This document shows positions 57,547 to 64,000 of a stretch of DNA of 64,000 nt, piece after piece; within the stretch, counting starts at the first letter, position 1; every line of letters begins with the position of its first letter. The translations under genes and the position numbers were made by a program. Under the pieces are notes generated by a model, which was given only the letters and a program-made list of their open reading frames with translations, was not told the DNA's origin and did not search any database. The stretch spans positions 1,171,001 to 1,235,000 of the forward strand of contig ML992502.1 of assembly GCA_010093995.1 (NCBI GenBank), in the 5' to 3' direction. This stretch comes from Elsinoe ampelina (lineage: Eukaryota).

Positions 57547-59680
57547 ATGGCGGTCCTCGAGCAGAGCTGGGTGAAGGTCCAAGAGAAGACCTTTGGGAAA
57601 TGGTGCACCTTTTCCCCTCCTCCTCACCCCTCCTGTATCATCTAACATGGTCCCAGGCTCAATAGTAAGCTCAAAGTCCGCGACGTCGAAATCAAAGACC
57701 TAGTCAAAGACCTCTCCGACGGCGTACCTCTCCCCCACCCCCCCCCCTGATCCCCTTCTCTCTTTCCTCCCCAGCTAACCCCCCACCCCAGGTCATCCTC
57801 ATCCACCTCCTCGAAATCCTCTCCTCCGAATCCCTCGGCCGCTACGCCTCGCGGCCCAAACTCCGGGTCCAACGCTTCGAAAACGCCAACCGCGCCCTCG
57901 ACTTCATCAAAGGCCGCAAGATCCAACTCACCAACATCGGCGCCGAGGACATCGTCGACGGCAACCGCAAGATCATCCTCGGGCTGATATGGACGCTGAT
58001 CCTCCGCTTCACCATCAGCGACATCAACGAGGAGGGACTGTCCGCCAAAGAAGGGTTGTTGCTGTGGTGTCAGCGCAAGACGGCGTGTTATGACGAGGTG
58101 GACGTGAGGGATTTCAGCGCGAGTTGGAACGATGGGTTGGCGTTTTGTGCGTTGTTGGATATTCACAGGCCGGACTTGATTGATTATGACAAGTTGGACA
58201 AGAGTGATCATAGGGGGAATATGGCGTTGGCGTTTGAGATTGCGTCGAGGGAGATTGGGATTCCGGATCTGTTGGACGTGGAGGACGTGTGTGATGTGCC
58301 GCGTCCGGATGAGAGGTCGTTGATGACGTACATCGCGTATTGGTTTCATGCGTTTAGTCAGATGGAGAGGGTGGAGAATGCGGGGAGGAGGGTGGAGAAG
58401 TTTGTGGCGAATATGCATGGGGCGTGGGAGATGCAGAATAGTTTCGAGGAGAGGATGAGGGAGTTGTTGAGGCAGATTGGGGAGCAGATGAGGGTGTGGA
58501 GGGAGGCGAGGTTTAGTGGGAGTTATTTGGATGCGAAGACGCAGGCGGGGGATTTTACTGGGTATAAGAGGACGAGGAAGAGGGATTGGGTGGCGGAGAA
58601 GAGTGAATTGGTGAGTCTGTTGGGGAATATCAAGACAAAGTTGAGCACGTATCGGTTGAGGCCGTATGAGCCATCACGGGAGCTGAGTCTGGAAGCGTTG
58701 GACGAGGTGTGGGGGCAGCTGATGGGGGCGGAGAGGGAGAGGAGCAAGGTCATTAATGAGACGATTAGGGACATCAAGAATGCTCTGAGGAGAGGGTTTG
58801 CGGACAAGGCGAACGATTTTGCTCTGGCTCTACACACACTGAGCACGGGTATCTCTGGTCTCGAAGGGGATGTGGAGGACCAGCTCAGCCACACGACCAA
58901 GATCTCCGAATCACTTCCGCCACTGGACGAGTACCTCAAACTCATTGAGAGTCTGGACCGGCAATGTCAGGAGGCCAACATTGAGGAGAACGACTTTACG
59001 ACATATACCTACGATGAACTTTCTTACGAGCTGGGACTGGTCAAGTCGAGTGTTCAGAAGAAGCTGGCATTCCTGGAGAATCAGATGGTCGCAAGAAACA
59101 TGACGAACCTCACACCAATTCAGCTGGAGGAGTTCGAGTCAGTCTTCCGGCACTTTGACAGAGATGGTACCAACACACTGCAAGAGCTGGAGTTCTCGGC
59201 GGCACTGGCGAGTCTGGGACTGGTCTACGATGAAGGAGAGATGCATGACCGCTTCATTGAAGTTAGTGGAGGTGGAAGAATGGGCACAGTCACCTTTGAG
59301 CAATTCATTCGATTCATGGTCAATGTCACGGAAGATCAAAACACAGCTCAGCAAGTGTTTGAGAGTTTCAGAGAAGTTGCTGACGGCAAGGTGAGTACAT
59401 CCGCGGGCTTTCTTTGGAGAGAAGGCGGCAATGGAACGGGTTCAACGGAGAATGAATAGCTGACGGCGTTCCACAACAGCCTTATGTCACCGAGCTTGAC
59501 CTACGACATTCTCTGATCCCGGACGATCTGATCGATGAAATGGTAAAGACAATGCCTGAGCACCGCGGGCCGGACATGCAGGAGGACAGAGACCTGAAGA
59601 AGTATGACTATGTCACTTTCATGGGCAAATTTGTCGAAGAGCCAGACGAGCATCCTGGAGGGGTCAATGGCAGGCTATAG
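57547..59680 (+). CDS. Alpha-actinin (Ain1-like); introns 57603-57656, 57724-57791, 59391-59479
   Basis: QEKTFGKW|LN, DLSDG|VILIHLLE and DIVDGNRKIILGLIWTLILRF CH domains, spectrin-like region, EF-hand FDRDGTNTL. Confidence 0.94.
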
Positions 59681-60994
59681 CAGGGCTCTACTGCCTTTAT
59701 CTGATTGTCTAGAGAAGCACACACCTGGTAATGATGGACAGGGATTTGACTAGACGACAGTTGGACAGGAACGACGGACAGGCTCACCTGAGTGCAGGCG
59801 TAGAATATTCCAACTAGCAGCATCATACAAGAAATGACGATTGTACAGACACAGTACTATTATTCTGAACAGAGGCAGGTCGGGCGGGCGGCGGATTCCA
59901 TTGCGGGATACCGTTTCATGTTTCCTAGATGGTCGCCCGGTTGTGCTTGTAGTACGGCTATCGAAGCTGGAATAAAGGCCGTTGGAGCATCGAGACAATC
60001 GAACAACCGCTACAGTGACGCAAGGTGGGTGGGTGTATATTGTTGTCCGGCGACATCAGAGAGGCGTAGTATCAGGCTTGTCAGGCAAACAGCCTCATTC
60101 ATGCCCCAATTCCACCACTGGCGCCAGCTCATTGGATAGCGGAGGTCGTGTATGATCGACAAAAAGACAGGCGGGCTTCGGTGGTTAGCGCCATCTGGAA
60201 GAGGCCCTCCAACGCATCAGAGTGCAGGGAAGATGGAGGGAAGCCTCCTTGGGGACACGCTAGAGCGTTTCAAGAAAGCTAAAGGATCATGACCTGCGAT
60301 GGTTCTGGAGGGATCAACTCGTCCCCTGAAGAGCCCCAGGGTTGGTATTTTTGTAGAGTGCGCTGTGCAATTGTTCGTCCTGTCAACAGATCTGACAGGT
60401 CAAGCAAAGGATGAAGTCCTCGCCACATGTGAATACCTAGACATTGCAACTACAATAACTTCACATTCTCCACCACTTCCTCCCTTGGCTCGACCCCTCC
60501 ATCACATATCACACATCGCCCATCATCTCTGCCGACATTCTTCACGTGGCCCTACACCACCGTCGCAACCCCAAAAGCAGTATCTCGCACCGTTGTAGAC
60601 GGACAGCAAACACCACTAAACAACCGTTGTCGCCGTCTCGGCTCACCGTCCTGTTGCCGTCGGCGTCCCTCCATATTCTGGCGCTCGAGAGCAGAGAGGG
60701 TACAACCGCCGTGAGGCTGGTCGTGCAAACGTCGACTCGATTCGTCTTCCTTCTCTAGACGATCCATCTTCTCTTCTCAGCTGTCACTCACTGCCGCGAC
60801 GCCATTGCTCGACACACTTCAACAATACCAACCAGCTCCAGCCAGACCGCTTCTGCGCCCAACTCGACAGGGGTCTGTGGGGGAGTTTTGAGAGCGGCGA
60901 CAAGTCAGCGTCCGCCGCCAACAGAGGCCGCGCCGCATTGCATTCCGTCCGCTGAAAGAGAAGCGCAAGAAATCACACATACACATCCGTCGCA

Positions 60995-63785
60995 ATGGCG
61001 ACAAATCCGTAAGTTTGTATCCCGTACTCTCACGAAACACGAGGTGTTTCTGAGATCCCCCAAACACGCCGTGTTTTTGCCCCGCTACCTCCTCCGCCTT
61101 GGGCCTGAAGTCTGGTTCAGGAGCCCGCCCCAGCAGTTCGACCTTGCCGACACGTCGCAATCCTGATCTCCTTCTCCCGCGGACGTGCTGTCCAATTTCA
61201 CCGACGACAAGAAGCTGACAGAATGTCCTACAACAGTATCTACACGCCGGGTCAGTTCGTGACAGATCGCCCGGCGCCGCGTCCGCCAGGAGCAGGCGGG
61301 AAAATGAACGGCATGCCCCCCTCGATGAGCAGTCTCCCAAATAACATGTCGGTCATGAGCCTGAAGACCGCGAGCGCCAATTCGTCGACCACATCTCTCG
61401 GGTTGAATAGATCAATGACTTCTTTTGATCAACTCGGGAACAGCTCCAGCCTCGTTAAGGAGGGCTGGTCGAAAGTCAAAGAGGAGGGCGGGTTCATGAA
61501 GAGTGTGTTTTGGTCGGATAAATACCTCGTCCTCAGAGAGACGCAGCTCGACTTCCACAAGAACCAGACGACGTCGAAAATCTCGCAGAGCATCAAGATG
61601 ACCGACGTTATCAACATCACCCGATCGGATTCATACCCATACGCTTTCGAGCTTACGAAGGGTGTTGGTGGCAACAACAACCAGTCACCGGCAAAAGAAG
61701 GTCCACAGAAGGTCATAGTCTGCAGATTCGAGACGGACAAGGATGTCTACGATTGGATTGACGCCATCTACGACCGCAGCATGGGAGGTGTCAGTGCGCC
61801 AACTGGCTTCACTCACCGCGTTCACGTTGGCTTTGACCCGATCAATGGTGGTTTCACTGGACTTCCACCAGAGTGGCAGAGACTGCTCAACTCATCTGCT
61901 CTGACGAAAGATGATATGGCGAAGAACCCACAGGCAGTCGTCGAGGTCCTGCAATTTTACACAGACAAGATGCAGAAGCAACCAGATGTAAGAGCTCCAG
62001 CTGGTGTCAATAAGAGAGACATGCAGATGGGCTACAGCAACAACGTGGCCCCACCACGACAGCAGCCTGCTGGATACAATACACCACAATCAAATTCGCC
62101 AGCGGGTCACCCGGTGCAACGAAGCAACACCGGTCTCTCGCAGCAAGACTATTTTCGTGAAGAAGAGAGGAAGCAGCAAGAGGCCGATGCTAGGCGGAGA
62201 GAAGACGATCTCAGGCGGAGAGAGCAAGAAGAGTACAATGCTTCAATCCCTCAGAAGAAGACTCCTCTGGCTCAGCAAGAGGTAGGAGGCAGCTTTGGCG
62301 GTCCCGATCACAGTCCAGGACGATACAATGCGCAGCGACAAGCACCTTCAGCGCCGTCTGGATCGCCTAGAATGCAACAAGGTCAAACGCCGAAGCCGAT
62401 GCAAGCACAGCGACAGGCGCCACCTCCACCACAGCAACAAGGCATGAAGAAGATGCCATCACAAGCACAGCTTAACGGCGCCATGGCAGCACAACAAGCA
62501 CAACCTCCAGCACAACCACCTGTCAAGAAGTCGACGATGCCGACCGGTATCGAGTACCAGAGCAGAGGTACCAAGCCGACCAAGAATAATCTGCCGGGTG
62601 CCATGCCGCAACAGCAACAACAAGCGCTGCCACCTCAACAGCAGCAGCAACAGCAGCAGCAGATCAAGCCACTGAATGTTACGCCCAAGCAAGGTGGCAC
62701 GTCACCTGTCATTGACCACGTCAAGAAGGCAGAGATGATGCTTACAGCCAAGCCGACGAAGGAGGAGAAAAAGGAGCAGCGCATGTCAAGCATGACTGAC
62801 GCACAAGTCATGGAGCGTCTGCGAGAAGTTGTCTCGAAAGAGCGGCCGCTCGATTCATACAACAAGCAGAAGAAGATCGGTCAAGGTGCTTCTGGGTCAG
62901 TCTACGTTGCTCGCATCCGCGAGAGCGCAACATCGCCAATGGCGAGACAACTGCTTCGCGAAAATGGTCCGAGAGCGCAGGTTGCCATCAAGCAGATGGA
63001 CTTGCGCAACCAGCCGAGGAAGGAGCTGATCGTCAACGAGATTATCGTCATGAAGGACAGCAAGCACCCTAACATTGTCAACTTCTTGGATTCCTTCTTG
63101 CAAGAAGAATCGAATGAGTTGTGGGTGGTTATGGAGTTCATGGAGGGAGGTGCTTTGACTGATGTGATTGATAACAACCCGTCGATTGGCGAGGATCAGA
63201 TTGCGACGATCTGCTTGGAGGTAAGCATTGAGAAAGCAGAATATTTCAAGTCGCGTACTAACATGTTCACAGGTCTGCAAGGGTCTCATCCATCTACACG
63301 GCCAACAAATCATTCACCGTGATATCAAATCCGATAACGTCCTCCTCTCCTCCCGCGGCCATGTCAAGATTACCGATTTCGGTTTCTGCGCCAAGCTGAC
63401 CGATAACCGTGCCAAACGCGCCACCATGGTCGGTACACCCTACTGGATGGCCCCCGAAGTGGTCAAGCAGAAGGAGTACGGTAGCAAGGTCGATATTTGG
63501 TCGCTCGGTATCATGGCAATCGAGATGATCGAGTCCGAGCCGCCATACCTCAACGAAGAACCACTGAAGGCTCTATACCTCATCGCCACAAACGGTACTC
63601 CTCGCCTCAAGAAGCCAGAGAAGCTCAGCAAGGAGCTCAAGGCATTCTTGTCCGTATGTCTCTGTGTGGACGTCAAGAGTCGTGCGACAGCGGAGGAGCT
63701 CGCTAGGCATGAGTTCTTGAGACATGGATGCAGTTTGAGTGGTCTGGCAGAGCTGCTCAGATTCAGGAAGCAGAGCACGCATTGA
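60995..63785 (+). CDS. CLA4: PAK-family kinase Cla4 (PH, CRIB, kinase); introns 61009-61236, 63221-63273
   Basis: PH domain, [51 protein letters not shown]. Confidence 0.95.
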
Positions 63786-64000
63786 GAAGCGTGATTCGGA
63801 AATAAATTTGCAAACACGGAGGGACGCGGCGCCGAGCTGAGGCTCAAGTGTACAGGGGAGGATACTTTCTGGACGTTTCAGCGCCTCGAGGGATGGATAC
63901 TTCGACGTCGGCCCAAGATGCATTCCAGAAGCGAGCCCGCAGCATCGACACGGGTCCCCATACAATCTTTTCAAGTTTGGATCACAGCGAGACACCAATT

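Noticed and set aside
62620..62665. CAG/CAA poly-Gln tract in CLA4
   Set aside because: Ordinary low-complexity linker in fungal PAK kinases

Overview
Gene-dense nuclear DNA from a filamentous ascomycete (Pezizomycotina; inferred from short GT-AG introns with CTRAC branch points and from the gene set). About 28 protein-coding genes can be reconstructed by manual splicing. They are mostly housekeeping or regulatory: sedolisin, Zn2Cys6 TF, CFEM-like protein, P450, HECT_2/IPA1-like, PalC, AlkB-like, NSA2, mito bL21, CSN4, HapB, pirin, borealin-like, RPN10, DPAP-B, RPB7, MPO1-like, ATP1, Sel1-repeat, membrane bZIP, intradiol dioxygenase-like, TFIIF-beta, CCCH protein, transketolase/DHAS, CRIB protein, alpha-actinin and Cla4. 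No transposon, tRNA, rRNA or CRISPR-Cas is evident. The most interesting signals are non-coding. (1) A 914-nt ATP1 intron carries a regularly spaced array of 28-nt hairpins (TGGTAGT-N14-ACTACCA) with compensatory and G-U changes, and its ends carry complementary repeats; the same 28-nt element covers the branch region and abuts the 3' splice AG of the dioxygenase intron. (2) An intron-encoded H/ACA guide RNA has a pocket that matches U2 snRNA Psi42 (snR81-like). (3) Abrupt C-rich to G-rich skew switches recur along the window, independent of gene orientation. Exon boundaries were read by eye and no database searches were run.
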